64,000 nt of DNA, from assembly GCA_965204535.1 (NCBI GenBank), contig OZ241996.1:1056001-1120000 (forward strand), given 5' to 3'. Under the pieces are notes generated by a model, which worked only from the letters and a program-made list of their open reading frames with translations, did no database searches and was not told the origin of the DNA. The first letter of the stretch is position 1. The number at the start of each line of letters is the position of its first letter. Made by a program: the position numbers and the translations under genes. Origin of the DNA: a bacterium (GTDB lineage: Bacteria; UBA8248). Below are positions 19,675 through 30,046 of the stretch, one piece after another.

Positions 19675-20748
19675 GTGTCGAACACGTTTGGACGTTTGTT
19701 TCGCTTTACAACCTGGGGGGAGTCGCACGGCCCCGCCCTGGGCGTCGTGGTGGACGGCTGTCCGGCGGGCCTGCCGCTCGATGAGTCCGACCTCCAGCGC
19801 GATTTGGACCGCAGACGGCCGGGTCAGAGCCGGGTGACGACCCAGCGAAAAGAAGAGGACCGGGCGGAGATTTTATCCGGCGTCTTCGAAGGCCGGACGA
19901 CCGGGCATCCCGTCTCGATACTCATACGGAACAAAGACGCCGATTCGAGCAAATATGAACCCTTGCGCAACCTGTTTCGCCCGGGACACGCGGATTTCAC
20001 CTATATACAGAAATGGGGGATTCGCGACCACCGGGGCGGGGGGCGCTCCAGCGCGCGGGAGACAGCCGCGCGTGTCGCGGCGGGAGCGATAGCCAAAAAA
20101 CTCCTCTCCCGTCTCGGCGTATCGATTCTGGGCTATGTCGATCAGGTGGGGGAGGTTCGCTGGGATGGTGCGCGCTTCGATGCGGACGAGATAGAGCGAA
20201 ACATCGTTCGCTGCCCGGACGCGGAAACGGCGTCCCGGATGGAGGCGGCCATTCTTGAGGCCCGAAAGGCGGGCGATTCGGTGGGAGGCACCATCACGGT
20301 TCAGGCCGATGGCGTTCCAGCGGGCTGGGGAGAGCCGCTTTACGGGCGTCTCGACTCCGATCTCGCGGCGGCGATGATGAGCATCAACGCGGTGAAGGGG
20401 GTGGAAATCGGCTCCGGTTTCCGGGCCGCCGGCATGCGGGGTTCGGAAAACAACGATCCGTTTGAGGTGAAAAACGGCGAGCCGAGGGTGAGGACGAACA
20501 ATGCGGGCGGCATTTTGGGCGGCATATCCACGGGCGCGCCGGTTGTGGTTCGCTTCGCGGTGAAGCCGACTTCCTCCATTTTGATCGAGCAGGACACAGT
20601 AACGACGTCGGGAGAGAAAACGACCGTAAAGGTAGAGGGGCGGCACGACCCCTGTGTGGCGACACGAGCGGTGCCCATCGGCGAGGCGATGATGGCGCTC
20701 GTTCTGGCGGATCATTGGCGTCTCGGTCTGGGAAGCCGCATCGAATAA
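19675..20748 (+). CDS. aroC: Chorismate synthase
   Basis: [46 protein letters not shown]. Confidence 0.97.
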   Translation: MSNTFGRLFRFTTWGESHGPALGVVVDGCPAGLPLDESDLQRDLDRRRPGQSRVTTQRKEEDRAEILSGVFEGRTTGHPVSILIRNKDADSSKYEPLRNLFRPGHADFTYIQKWGIRDHRGGGRSSARETAARVAAGAIAKKLLSRLGVSILGYVDQVGEVRWDGARFDADEIERNIVRCPDAETASRMEAAILEARKAGDSVGGTITVQADGVPAGWGEPLYGRLDSDLAAAMMSINAVKGVEIGSGFRAAGMRGSENNDPFEVKNGEPRVRTNNAGGILGGISTGAPVVVRFAVKPTSSILIEQDTVTTSGEKTTVKVEGRHDPCVATRAVPIGEAMMALVLADHWRLGLGSRIE

Positions 20749-20900
20749 CGTGATTGAGCGCTTTGGGAAGCACCATCATGGATTTTGACGGTATTCGGTC
20801 TCTAGAACGTTATGAAGCACGCTGCGAACCTTTATTTTTTAAGGTGAAGTATATCGAGTGAAGTCATTGAAATTACTTCCGTTTCTTCACGGAGATCGTC

Positions 20901-21698
20901 ATGAAAATCGGGGTCGTCGGTCTGGGCGTCATAGGCAAGGCCGTGGTGAAGGCGGTGGATGAGGGGAAAATACCCGTCGATATACCCGTCGCTACGACTC
21001 GTTCACCGGAGAAGGTGAAAGATTTTCTGGCGAGTCTGAAGAATCCACCGCACATGACGGACTTGGCGGGCGTGGCGAAAGAAGCGGATGTCGTGATGGA
21101 AGCATCGGGCGGAGACACCGTAGAGGCGATTTGCCATGAGAGTTTCGCGCGAGGAAAAGACGTAATCATCAACTCCGTGGGCGCGCTTCTTGATCGGGAT
21201 GATTTGATTGAAGAGGCGGAGAGGGGAGGTTCCCGCATTTTCATTCCCTCGGGCGCCATTATTGGATTGGACGGTCTCAAAGGGGCTTCCGCGGGCGGTA
21301 TGGAATCCGTCACCATGACGACCAGAAAACCGCCCGAGAGCCTGAAAGGAGCCCCTTATGTCGAAGAGAAGGGGATTGATCTCGACGCCATCGATGAGCC
21401 GACTGTGATTTTCGAGGGAAACCCCCTGGAAGCGTGCAAGGCGTTTCCGGCCAACGTGAACGTGTCCGCCGCCGTGAGCTTCGCGGGCATCGGGCCGCTC
21501 AGGACGAAGTTGCGGGTTGTTTGCGATCCTACGGTCAATCGAAACATCCACGAAGTAGAAGCGGTAGGGGAATTCGGGCGTTCTTTCATTCGGATTGAGA
21601 ACGTGCCGTCCGAGAATCATCGAACGGGTATATTGACGTATCTCTCGACTTTTTCCTTCCTTAGAGATCGAACATCCACATTGATTGTCGGCACCTAG
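20901..21698 (+). CDS. nadX: L-aspartate dehydrogenase family protein
   Basis: GLGVIG Rossmann motif, SVGAL, PSGAIIGLD, TRKPP, FPANVNV, NIHE, IENVPS. Confidence 0.85.
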   Translation: MKIGVVGLGVIGKAVVKAVDEGKIPVDIPVATTRSPEKVKDFLASLKNPPHMTDLAGVAKEADVVMEASGGDTVEAICHESFARGKDVIINSVGALLDRDDLIEEAERGGSRIFIPSGAIIGLDGLKGASAGGMESVTMTTRKPPESLKGAPYVEEKGIDLDAIDEPTVIFEGNPLEACKAFPANVNVSAAVSFAGIGPLRTKLRVVCDPTVNRNIHEVEAVGEFGRSFIRIENVPSENHRTGILTYLSTFSFLRDRTSTLIVGT

Positions 21699-21735
21699 CA
21701 GGTTGACGCGCGGTGCCGGAGTGGAGGGTGGTTTA

Positions 21736-22719
21736 TTGAACCGGAACACCGTTTTTTTCGTACCGGAGCCACGCGCGCCCATCGAGTCGCTGCGAAACAT
21801 GCTGGAGCCACATGGCGAGTTTCGCGACGGTGGCCACCGGAAGTGGTCCGAAGACGAGTTGGTGCGCGATGCCCATGAATGGGACGCCCTGCTGGTGACT
21901 TCGAGAGAGCAAATCACCGAACGGGTCATTAAAGCTGGTAAGCGTCTGAAACTCATCGCCAAAATAGGCGTAGGAGTGGAGAACATTGATATCCCTGCTG
22001 CCACGAGGCGAAAAATTCCGGTCACGAACTGCCCGGGCGCCAACGCCGTCGCCGTCGCGGAAGCGTCCCTGGGCTTGATGCTGGCCGCGAGCCGCCGCAT
22101 TCCTCAGGGAATGGAGAAGTTGCGGGGTGGGGGTTGGCGGGAGGGTATCTGGATCGCGAACGAGATGAGCCGAGCGACGTTCGGCATCGTCGGCTTCGGG
22201 AACATCGGGCGTGAACTGACCCGTCTTCTGTCCGGTTTTGAGGGCCGCGTCCTGGCGTATGACGCGTTCGTGCGCGATGAGGCGGTACGCGAGGCGGGCG
22301 TGGAGCCGGTGGATTTGGATACGCTGACGAGCGAGTCTGACTTCATATCGATTCATTGCAGTTTGACGCCCGAGACGCGGTATATGTTCGATGCCCGGAG
22401 GTTTCGGATGATGAAAAAATCCGCGGTGCTGGTGAACTGCGCGCGTGGCGCGATTATCGATGAGGCGGCGTTGGTTCACGCGCTCGGGGAAGGGGAAATC
22501 TCCTCGGCCGGCATCGATGTTTTCGAGGAGGAACCCCCGGACCCGGACAATCCGCTTTTCAGTCTTCCAAACGCCGTTGTGACGCCGCACTTCGCCGGCG
22601 CGAGCCACGAGGCGCGCGAGCGCGTGAACCGATTGGCCGGCGAGAATGTGTTGGCTGTATTGAGGGGAGAGCAGGTGAATCCCGCGACCCTGCTGAACCC
22701 CGAGGTGTACGGAGACTGA
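21736..22719 (+). CDS. D-isomer-specific 2-hydroxyacid dehydrogenase (SerA-like, no ACT domain)
   Basis: GVGVENID, NAVAVAE, GIVGFGNIG, VNCARGAIID, DVFEEEP, TPHFAG. TTG start after GGAGG inferred. Confidence 0.88.
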   Translation: MNRNTVFFVPEPRAPIESLRNMLEPHGEFRDGGHRKWSEDELVRDAHEWDALLVTSREQITERVIKAGKRLKLIAKIGVGVENIDIPAATRRKIPVTNCPGANAVAVAEASLGLMLAASRRIPQGMEKLRGGGWREGIWIANEMSRATFGIVGFGNIGRELTRLLSGFEGRVLAYDAFVRDEAVREAGVEPVDLDTLTSESDFISIHCSLTPETRYMFDARRFRMMKKSAVLVNCARGAIIDEAALVHALGEGEISSAGIDVFEEEPPDPDNPLFSLPNAVVTPHFAGASHEARERVNRLAGENVLAVLRGEQVNPATLLNPEVYGD

Positions 22720-22847
22720 TTTTGACCGGGAATTGCGCGTGATTTATTTGCCTCGGAGGCTTGCGCCGATCCGTGCCGAATCACTATACTTGCGCGGTTG
22801 TTCGAAACTCCGGGTTCCACAATCCCACAGTGCTGGAGGATGTTTTT

Positions 22848-23762
22848 TTGGAAGGTGCTACAGATAAAATTTGGATGGACGGAAAATTCGTCCCTTGGGA
22901 TGAAGCCAAAATTCATGTCCTCACGCATACGCTGCACTACGGATTGGGGGTATTCGAGGGAATTCGCTGCTATCAGACAGAGCGAGGCTCCGCCGTTTTT
23001 CGCCTGGAAGAGCACATGCGGAGGCTCTATGACTCCGCGCGGATTGTCGGTCTCAATGTGCCCGTCACACAGGATGACTTCACCGAGGCGGTACTGGAGA
23101 CGATTCGCACCAACGAGATGAAGGCTTGCTATATACGCCCGCTTATCTGGCTTGGCTATGGATCCATGGGGGTGAACCCCAAAGGAGCGCTCACCCATGC
23201 GATGGTTGCGGTGTGGAGTTGGGGTGCCTATCTGGGTGAAGAGGGACTGGCGAAGGGCATTCGGGTCAAGGTCTCATCCTTCACGTCCCATCACCCGAAC
23301 AGCTACATGACGAAGGCGAAAACCACGGGCAACTACGCCGTGAGCCAGATGGCGAAACTGGAAGCCGTGGGTGCGGGCTACGATGAGGCGCTCATGCTGG
23401 ACCCGGAGGGTCTGGTGACGCAGGGTTCGGGCGAGAACATCTTCATCGTCCGAGACGGCGTGCTCAAGACGCCGCCTCTGCATGGCGTGTTGGGGGGCAT
23501 TACGCGCGACACCATCGTTCAACTCGCCGATGAGCAGGGTGTTGAATTACAGGTTGCTCCCTTTGCGCGAGATGAAGTCTATGTGGCGGATGAGGCCTTC
23601 TTCACGGGAACGGCGGCCGAGGTGACTCCCATCCGGGAGGTGGACGACAGGACCATCGGCACTGGAGAGCCCGGCCCGGTGACGCAGAGAATCCAATCCT
23701 CATTTTTCGAGATCGTGAACGGGCGCGACGAGAGCAAGCTCGATTGGCTGACCTTTATCTAA
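22848..23762 (+). CDS. ilvE: Branched-chain amino acid aminotransferase
   Basis: LHYGLGVFEGIR, YIRP, KAKTTGNY, GSGENIF, LGGITR, FFTGTAAEVTP. TTG start after GGAGGA inferred. Confidence 0.96.
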   Translation: MEGATDKIWMDGKFVPWDEAKIHVLTHTLHYGLGVFEGIRCYQTERGSAVFRLEEHMRRLYDSARIVGLNVPVTQDDFTEAVLETIRTNEMKACYIRPLIWLGYGSMGVNPKGALTHAMVAVWSWGAYLGEEGLAKGIRVKVSSFTSHHPNSYMTKAKTTGNYAVSQMAKLEAVGAGYDEALMLDPEGLVTQGSGENIFIVRDGVLKTPPLHGVLGGITRDTIVQLADEQGVELQVAPFARDEVYVADEAFFTGTAAEVTPIREVDDRTIGTGEPGPVTQRIQSSFFEIVNGRDESKLDWLTFI

Positions 23763-23781
23763 CGACGAGGAGAAACGAGAA

Positions 23782-24114
23782 GTGCCGATTTACGAGTATG
23801 AATGCAGCGCATGTGGAGATGAGCACGAAGTCATCCAGAGAATGGGAGCCGGTGCTCTCCGGAAATGCCCGAGTTGCGGCGCGCTCAGACTCAGACGCAA
23901 AATCTCCCGCTCCGCCTTCCACCTCAAAGGCGACGGCTGGTATGTGACGGATTACGCCTCGAACGGCAAAAAGCAAGAGACTGAGTCTCAAGGCACAGCT
24001 TCCGATTCGAAATCAGAGAACAAATCCACCGAGAAGAAAGAGACGGCGGCCACGAACGGCACGGCTTCGAAGCAGACCAGCAAGAAAAAACCCGACCCCG
24101 TAGCTGCCGGTTAG
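23782..24114 (+). CDS. FmdB-family zinc ribbon protein
   Basis: MPIYEYECSAC...CPSCG...F.LKGDGWYVTDY plus low-complexity tail; GAGGAG RBS. Confidence 0.9.
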   Translation: MPIYEYECSACGDEHEVIQRMGAGALRKCPSCGALRLRRKISRSAFHLKGDGWYVTDYASNGKKQETESQGTASDSKSENKSTEKKETAATNGTASKQTSKKKPDPVAAG

Positions 24115-24884
24115 TTTTTCGGTAAAAACGCGACCATCCTCACGATACAGCCGTCACCGCCCGTCCAGCGCCAGGGAAATGCAGCCAGCGCGAATCGTTT
24201 GCCCACGACCTTGGCGATGTCACCCCCTACGTTCTCGAAGCCTACGATGCCGTTTCCCAGTAACGCGCGGTGGCAGGGCTCCCAATGAGGGAAGGCCTCG
24301 CTCGTGGGGCGGTCGAAGCGTTCTTCGTATTCCTTAAGAGTGAACGGGCAGATAGGCTGGGGTCCCCAGGCGATTTTCGTCCCCAGCGGATGGTCGAGCG
24401 CCTGCTGATCCACACCTACGCCCTTCACGTTACGCTCCACGAACCATTCGCCCGCCTCCTTGTAGAGACCGGGGGAGTAGATGAAGTATTTGGTGTTGTC
24501 GCCGTAGTAGCGGTGCCATCCGGTGTGGACGATGACGATGTCGCCCGGTCGAATCTCCGGCCTCGCGTTTTCGAGGTCCTCGGGCGTAATGACTTCCCAT
24601 TCCTCCTTGGGAATATCGACGCACACGGCGTTGCCGAAATAGCTTCGCAGCGGCACCTCGTCAATGAACGGCGTGCCCTCGATGACATGCGCCGGGGCGT
24701 CGGTGTGAGTTGTGCAGTGCATGAACGTGGTGATTTGCTGGCTCAGCACCTGACTTTTGGCGTGATAGTGGAACCTTTCGATCTTGACATCCGGAAAATA
24801 TGGCCAAAGCGGGGCACCATGTCCCCAGGGGTGACTTAAGTCGAGAATCTCATAATCATCCAGGCGGTCTGTGTCGATTATCAT
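24111..24884 (-). CDS. Cyclase family metallohydrolase (kynurenine formamidase-like)
   Basis: DLSHP, HCTTHTDAPAH (HxxTHxDxPxH), HTGW, GVDQQALDHP, GFENV. Confidence 0.85.
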   Translation of the reverse strand: MIIDTDRLDDYEILDLSHPWGHGAPLWPYFPDVKIERFHYHAKSQVLSQQITTFMHCTTHTDAPAHVIEGTPFIDEVPLRSYFGNAVCVDIPKEEWEVITPEDLENARPEIRPGDIVIVHTGWHRYYGDNTKYFIYSPGLYKEAGEWFVERNVKGVGVDQQALDHPLGTKIAWGPQPICPFTLKEYEERFDRPTSEAFPHWEPCHRALLGNGIVGFENVGGDIAKVVGKRFALAAFPWRWTGGDGCIVRMVAFLPKN

Positions 24885-25006
24885 GCTATATTCGTCCTTC
24901 CAGTAGGGGTGTGAGAAATTTTCAGGTTTTGAATTCGAGAAAATGTAGCAAAGATTCGAAAACGCCGCCATGAAGACGTGCTTTTCGTAGCGATGAAAGG
25001 GAAATC

Positions 25007-25243
25007 GTGGAAACTCATGAGTGCCCCGCGTGCAGCTTGCGGTTCCGGCATGCGCAACCCAATGCGTGCACCGCCTGCAGCCGGGTGCATTGCCGCAACT
25101 GCCTAAAAGTGTTCAGGGACGAGATGGAAGAAGAGCCGGAGGGACGCTTTATTATTTTGTGCTTAGAGTGCGAGGATTCCATCTCCTGGCGGATGGATGC
25201 GCAGGAAGTTTCAGCGTCGACCTGGTCGGAATACAGTGGATGA
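25007..25243 (+). CDS. Small 8-Cys zinc-finger-like protein
   Basis: Four CxxC pairs in 78 aa; AAAGGGA RBS before GTG; fills the gap between the cyclase and the tRNA. Confidence 0.6.
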   Translation: METHECPACSLRFRHAQPNACTACSRVHCRNCLKVFRDEMEEEPEGRFIILCLECEDSISWRMDAQEVSASTWSEYSG

Positions 25244-25318
25244 GCCGCGCACGCAGCGAAAATGCGGGGCGCATCTTGCCAGAAGGCATGAGGAGAGGCT
25301 AAGTTACATCCTCTTTCT

Positions 25319-25405
25319 GCCGGAGTGGCGGAATTGGTAGACGCAGTGGACTCAAAATCCACCGGGGGCAACCCCTTGCCGGTTCGAGTCCGGCCTCCGG
25401 CACCA
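25319..25405 (+). tRNA. tRNA-Leu(CAA)
   Basis: GCCGGAG/CTCCGGC acceptor stem, GGCGGAATTGGTAGACGC D-arm, GTGGA-CT-CAA-AA-TCCAC anticodon arm, long variable arm, GGTTCGAGTCC, encoded CCA. Confidence 0.97.
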
Positions 25406-25452
25406 ACTTGCGTTTCGTCCAAGAGGTTTTTCGATAGGACAAGAAAGTCTCC

Positions 25453-26559
25453 ATGCGCGTACCCCTTTATGACTTGAAAGCCCAAAACGGGCCGCTGAAA
25501 GCGCAGATTCTGGCGGCAGTAGACAACGTGATGACCCACCAGAGGTTCGTTATGGGTGAGGAGATCGGCGTTTTCGAGTCCGAAATGGCGGCCTACTGCG
25601 GCGCAGGGCACGCCATCGCCGTCTCCTCGGGCACGGGTGCTCTGCTGTTGGCGCTGATGGCGAACGACGTTCGCCCGGGAGATGAGATAATCACTTCGTC
25701 GTTTACATTTTTCGCCACCGCGGGCGTCATCCATCGACTGGGCGCGAAACCGGTTTTCGTGGATATCGACCCCGAAACGTTCAATCTCGCTCCTGGGCGT
25801 CTTGAAGAGGCCATCACGCAGAATACGAAAGGGGTCATGCCCGTTCATATGTACGGCCGCTGCGCTCAGATGGCGGAGATTCTCGAAGTAGCCGACCGCT
25901 ACCGGTTTTTCGTTGTGGAAGATGCCGCCCAAGCCGTCGGCGCGCGGATCAGTCTGGGTATGGCCGGCGCCATGGGGGATGTGGGCTGTCTGTCGTTTTA
26001 CCCGACCAAAAACCTGAGTGCGCTTGGCGATGCCGGTATGGTTTTGGCCAAAGACGGCGCGCTGGCCGAGCGTATGCGTAAACTCAGGATTCACGGTTCA
26101 CCCGATAATTCCGAATATCGCGAGGTGGGCGGTAACTTCAGGATGGATACGATGCAGGCAGCGGTTTTGTCCATCAAACTACAGCGCCTGGAAGAGTGGA
26201 ATGCAAAAAGACGGCAAAACGCCATGAAATATCAGGAACGGTTCGAGAGCAGTGGGATTATGGGGGAGCGGTTCACACCACCCTTGATTCCGAATGAGGG
26301 CCATGTGTTTCACCAATATGTGGTTCGCACACCGGAGCGCGACGCGTTGCAAGAACATTTGTTGCGAAACGGCGTTGGTTGCGCTGTATATTATCCCTCT
26401 CCTTTACATCTCCATCCCTGTTTTGACGGTTATAAAGAGGGGGATTTTCCCGAGAGCGAGGCCGCAGCGGCCCAGGTTCTATCGCTTCCCGTCTATCCGG
26501 AATTGTCAGATGAGGACCTGGATTTTGTGGCCGATACTGTGATTCGATTTTTTGAATAA
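25453..26559 (+). CDS. DegT/DnrJ/EryC1/StrS family PLP-dependent sugar aminotransferase
   Basis: SSGTGAL, FTFFATA, PVHMYG, EDAAQA, SFYPTKNL, GNFRMD. Confidence 0.93.
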   Translation: MRVPLYDLKAQNGPLKAQILAAVDNVMTHQRFVMGEEIGVFESEMAAYCGAGHAIAVSSGTGALLLALMANDVRPGDEIITSSFTFFATAGVIHRLGAKPVFVDIDPETFNLAPGRLEEAITQNTKGVMPVHMYGRCAQMAEILEVADRYRFFVVEDAAQAVGARISLGMAGAMGDVGCLSFYPTKNLSALGDAGMVLAKDGALAERMRKLRIHGSPDNSEYREVGGNFRMDTMQAAVLSIKLQRLEEWNAKRRQNAMKYQERFESSGIMGERFTPPLIPNEGHVFHQYVVRTPERDALQEHLLRNGVGCAVYYPSPLHLHPCFDGYKEGDFPESEAAAAQVLSLPVYPELSDEDLDFVADTVIRFFE

Positions 26560-26590
26560 AGTTTACGCTATGTTCGTGCAGGCCGTTGAT

Positions 26591-26956
26591 TCAGTTTTTC
26601 CACGTCAGATAGAGCAGCGCCAGAAGAAGTCCCGCCACTCCGAACCAGAGGATCTTCCCTTCTGTTTTGAGGTAGTTCCGCCACTCCGCCCTGTCGTCCT
26701 CGGTGAATGGCTCCCTGCGCGTCCCGTCATCGTGCGGGCCGGTGATTTCCTGATATAAATCCTTTTCCCCCGGGGTGTCTGATTCTTGTTTCTGGCGGTT
26801 TTGCGCCGTCCAGTTCAAAAGGGCGAAATAGGCGAGAAAAACGGTTATCGCCAAAAGCCCCGTAATTCGGGCGGCAGTGTGATCTCCGAACATCCAACTC
26901 CCGATTCCCACGCCTAGAATGACGAGAAGAAAAACCGGGGAACAACCGGTGAGCAT
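26591..26956 (-). CDS. Hypothetical membrane protein
   Basis: Three hydrophobic segments; co-oriented downstream of plsY. Confidence 0.5.
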   Translation of the reverse strand: MLTGCSPVFLLVILGVGIGSWMFGDHTAARITGLLAITVFLAYFALLNWTAQNRQKQESDTPGEKDLYQEITGPHDDGTRREPFTEDDRAEWRNYLKTEGKILWFGVAGLLLALLYLTWKN

Positions 26957-27015
26957 ATTTTCTCCAATTCCTTATGAACAAGGATTCTCGGTTTTCCGAA
27001 ATCTGAAAAAAGGAC

Positions 27016-27624
27016 TCACCCCTTTTTCTGCCCGATGCGATTTTCCTCCCCCTGCAACAATCGCCCGATATTGTCCTGATGTTTCCAAACCACCAACAAG
27101 GAGATGAGTACGGACGAGGCGCAAACCACTGTGGAGTAGTTCATCCAAAAGCCCGCGACCGGCACGGCCGCCGCGGCGAACATGGAACCGAGGGACACGT
27201 ACCGCGTCACGGCCACCACGAAAATGAAGACCAACGCGGCAATGGCCGTAGGCCCTGGGGTCAGGAGGGCGAACACGCCCAGGCCGGTGGCCACTCCCTT
27301 GCCCCCGCGAAACCCCGTGAACGGCGAATACATGTGCCCGAGAACCGCCGCAAGGGCGGCGATGGGCTCCAGGGAGGGGACGGAGACGCGCGAAGCCACA
27401 TAACGGGCGAAAAGGATGGCGGCGACGCCTTTGAGCACATCAAGCAAGAGGGTGAAAATACCGCTTTTCCAGCCACTCGATCTCAAGACGTTTGTCGCGC
27501 CAATGTTGCCGCTTCCGGATTTTCGCGGGTCCTCGGCGCCGAGCAATCGGGTGATCACCACCCCGAAGGGTATGGCTCCCAAGAATCCACCGACCAGAAC
27601 GACGAGGGAAAAAGCGCCCATCAA
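27016..27624 (-). CDS. plsY: Glycerol-3-phosphate acyltransferase
   Basis: GAIPFG, GSGNIGATNVLR, DVLKG, GH..GGKGVAT, RYVSLGS, KHQDNI. Confidence 0.96.
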   Translation of the reverse strand: MMGAFSLVVLVGGFLGAIPFGVVITRLLGAEDPRKSGSGNIGATNVLRSSGWKSGIFTLLLDVLKGVAAILFARYVASRVSVPSLEPIAALAAVLGHMYSPFTGFRGGKGVATGLGVFALLTPGPTAIAALVFIFVVAVTRYVSLGSMFAAAAVPVAGFWMNYSTVVCASSVLISLLVVWKHQDNIGRLLQGEENRIGQKKG

Positions 27625-28235
27625 GAGATAGCTCGAATGATTTGCCGGAAATAATCAACCGCAGAAACCACCGCCGCTATCATGGCGGCCCAAATCAAAA
27701 TGGTGCCTAGCGGCGGGAAAATACTCAGGATGAGGAAAAAAATCGCCGTGACCTCCAGACCCATCTTGATTTTGCCGAGAAAGCCCGCCGGCACCACCAG
27801 TCCTTGGCGTATGGCCACGGCGCGAAAAGCCGTCACCAGAAGCTCCCGACCCAGCAGGATGCCCACGACCCAGGCGTCCACTTTTCCCAGCGATACCAGG
27901 GGGATTAAAGCGGCGACGATAAGCAGCTTGTCGGCCACGGGGTCGAGGATCTCCCCCAGAGGGGTGATCTGGTCGCGCGTTCTAGCTAGGTGGCCGTCGA
28001 GCCAGTCCGTAAAGGCCGCCATGACGAACAGGCCGGCCGCAAAGTATTGCGCGGGGGGCGAGCCTTCGAGCAAGAACATGACGAGCAATGGAACCATCAG
28101 GATGCGAGCGAGAGTCAGGCTGTTCGCGAGCGTGAATTTTTCTCCGGTTCCGCTCGCGATAAGGCGCGAGGCGGCTTCTCGCCAGCTTTCGGGAGAAGCG
28201 TCAGATTTTTGTGGTTCTGCCTCGGACATCGTCAA
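27621..28235 (-). CDS. pgsA: CDP-diacylglycerol--glycerol-3-phosphate 3-phosphatidyltransferase
   Basis: ANSLTLARI, TDWLDGHLAR...GEILDPVADK, RE, GKIK. Confidence 0.92.
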   Translation of the reverse strand: MTMSEAEPQKSDASPESWREAASRLIASGTGEKFTLANSLTLARILMVPLLVMFLLEGSPPAQYFAAGLFVMAAFTDWLDGHLARTRDQITPLGEILDPVADKLLIVAALIPLVSLGKVDAWVVGILLGRELLVTAFRAVAIRQGLVVPAGFLGKIKMGLEVTAIFFLILSIFPPLGTILIWAAMIAAVVSAVDYFRQIIRAIS

Positions 28236-29221
28236 CTCAGAAAATCATGCAGTGTCTGGTGGCTGCCTTCCGCGCGAAAGCGGTTTATCACTTTTTTCTC
28301 TATTTGCCTGATTCTTTCACGCGATAACCCGAGCTTGCTCCCGATTTCTTCGAGCGTCATCGCCTCTCCGTCGAAGCCGTAGCGCATACGAATGATGTCA
28401 CGCTCTCTGGGGTCGAGTTCTGCAAGCAAGTCCTCCACTTCCTCTTCCAGAGAGTGCTGTACCACGTTTTCCTCCACGGATGCGGTGCTTTGCTCTTCGA
28501 GTAAATCGAGATAGCTGGTGTCGTCGTCGGGGGAGACGGTGGCATCGAGAGAAAGGTATTTCCGGTTCACGCGAATGAGTTTCTCGATGTCCGCCACTTT
28601 TATGTTCAACCGTTCGGACAATTCGAATGTTGTTGGTTCACGCCCGAATTCCTGCCGGAGCTTCTCGTACATGATGGAGATTTTGTGCAGAAGACCGGCC
28701 TGCTTGACGGGCAGTCGGACGGTGCTCCTCTGATTCGCGAGAGCGTGCATGATGCTTTGGCGAATCCACCATACGGCGTAGGTAATGAGTTTTACGCCGC
28801 GTTCCGGATCGAAGCGTTTGATCGCGTTGATCAACCCGATATTTCCCTCATTTATCAAATCCTCGAGTGAAAGCCCGAAACCCTTGTAGCGATTCGCCAC
28901 GTTGACGACGTATCTTAGATTCGAACGAACGAGTTTGTTGAATGCTTTTTCATCCCCTTCGCTGGCCGCGAGGGCGAGCGCGTGCTCTTCGTCGCGCGTG
29001 AGAATGGGGTGGGCGCCGATATTTCTCAGGTAGAGGGACAGTGTATCCACGGCGGGGGAGTCGGGCGCGCCTTCGTCCGAATCACCGGGTGAATCGGAAA
29101 ACGCGGGAGTATTCTCCGTTTCGTTTATCGTGTAGGAATCCGTTTCTTTCGTATCGGGGGCCTCATCGCGTCCGGCAGGCGAAGTTCTGTCCTCGGACTC
29201 GCCTTCGTTCGGCTCAGCCAT
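28232..29221 (-). CDS. Sigma70-family factor, RpoD/RpoS-like without region 1.1
   Basis: Region 1.2 LYLRNIG, 2.x DLINEGNIGLINAIKRFDP..YAVWWIRQ, region 4 TLEEIG..LGLSRERIRQIE. Confidence 0.92.
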   Translation of the reverse strand: MAEPNEGESEDRTSPAGRDEAPDTKETDSYTINETENTPAFSDSPGDSDEGAPDSPAVDTLSLYLRNIGAHPILTRDEEHALALAASEGDEKAFNKLVRSNLRYVVNVANRYKGFGLSLEDLINEGNIGLINAIKRFDPERGVKLITYAVWWIRQSIMHALANQRSTVRLPVKQAGLLHKISIMYEKLRQEFGREPTTFELSERLNIKVADIEKLIRVNRKYLSLDATVSPDDDTSYLDLLEEQSTASVEENVVQHSLEEEVEDLLAELDPRERDIIRMRYGFDGEAMTLEEIGSKLGLSRERIRQIEKKVINRFRAEGSHQTLHDFLS

Positions 29222-29272
29222 CGAGAATCACTCGAATGCAGCCGGGTTGTTTGGGCAAGATGAGTTGAATCG

Positions 29273-30046
29273 TCATTTTTCACTCGTGAGCGCTAGAAGC
29301 CTGCTATATGCAGGGGAAGCGTACTGGTCATCGGGGTACGACTCCAAGAGTGAGCCATAGGCTTCTCCTGCTTTCTGGAAGCTTTCCTCTATTCTGTAGC
29401 TTTCCCCCAGCTTGTACATGGCTTCAGCGCGTACGTGGGGGACATCTTCAAAATCCCGGATAATTTCCCTGTAGCGCGGAATCGCGGAGACTCGTAGATT
29501 CGTCCTGAAGTAAAAATTCGCGATAAACAGAGCGTTTTGGGCGAGATGTTGCCTTAACTCCAATATCTTCTGCTTTGCATCGGTCGTGTATTCCGAGCCC
29601 GGGAAGCGGCTCACAAGAGTCTGAAAGTTTTCGAGCGCATCTCTTGCGACGGATGCGTCCTGGTCAATGTCGAGATTCCTTTGATAATCGCTCATCGCGA
29701 GGAAATAGTACGCTTTCGGCGTTCCGGCGCTTACTGGATAGAGACGCACGTATTCAGCGTATTGCAGCTTCGATTCGATGTATTCTTCCGCGTGGTAGTA
29801 TGAATCGCCTAATCGCAACAGCGCGCTTCGGCGGTGTTTGCTGTCGGGATATTCCTCCAGCAAGCGCTTGAACGCAAGGCGCGCCGCCTCGAAACGCTCG
29901 GCCCGTAAATCCTCCTCGCCGATGACGAGCAATTCTCCGGGCGATGCCTGTTGCTTGGGACGGGAGACGCATCCACTCAGGATGAGAAGCACGCAAACCA
30001 AGGAGAAAACAACTGTCATGAGGTCGTGTGTAGCGCGATTGAACAT
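29273..30046 (-). CDS. bamD: Outer membrane protein assembly lipoprotein BamD
   Basis: Lipobox LSGC, TPR repeats, DQD..ALENFQTLVSRFPGSEY, IANFY..SAIPRY. Confidence 0.85.
   Translation of the reverse strand: MFNRATHDLMTVVFSLVCVLLILSGCVSRPKQQASPGELLVIGEEDLRAERFEAARLAFKRLLEEYPDSKHRRSALLRLGDSYYHAEEYIESKLQYAEYVRLYPVSAGTPKAYYFLAMSDYQRNLDIDQDASVARDALENFQTLVSRFPGSEYTTDAKQKILELRQHLAQNALFIANFYFRTNLRVSAIPRYREIIRDFEDVPHVRAEAMYKLGESYRIEESFQKAGEAYGSLLESYPDDQYASPAYSRLLALTSEK

Noticed and set aside
25319-26559. tRNA-Leu as an integration site of a genomic island
   Set aside because: No integrase, and no duplicate of the tRNA 3' end was noticed in the window.
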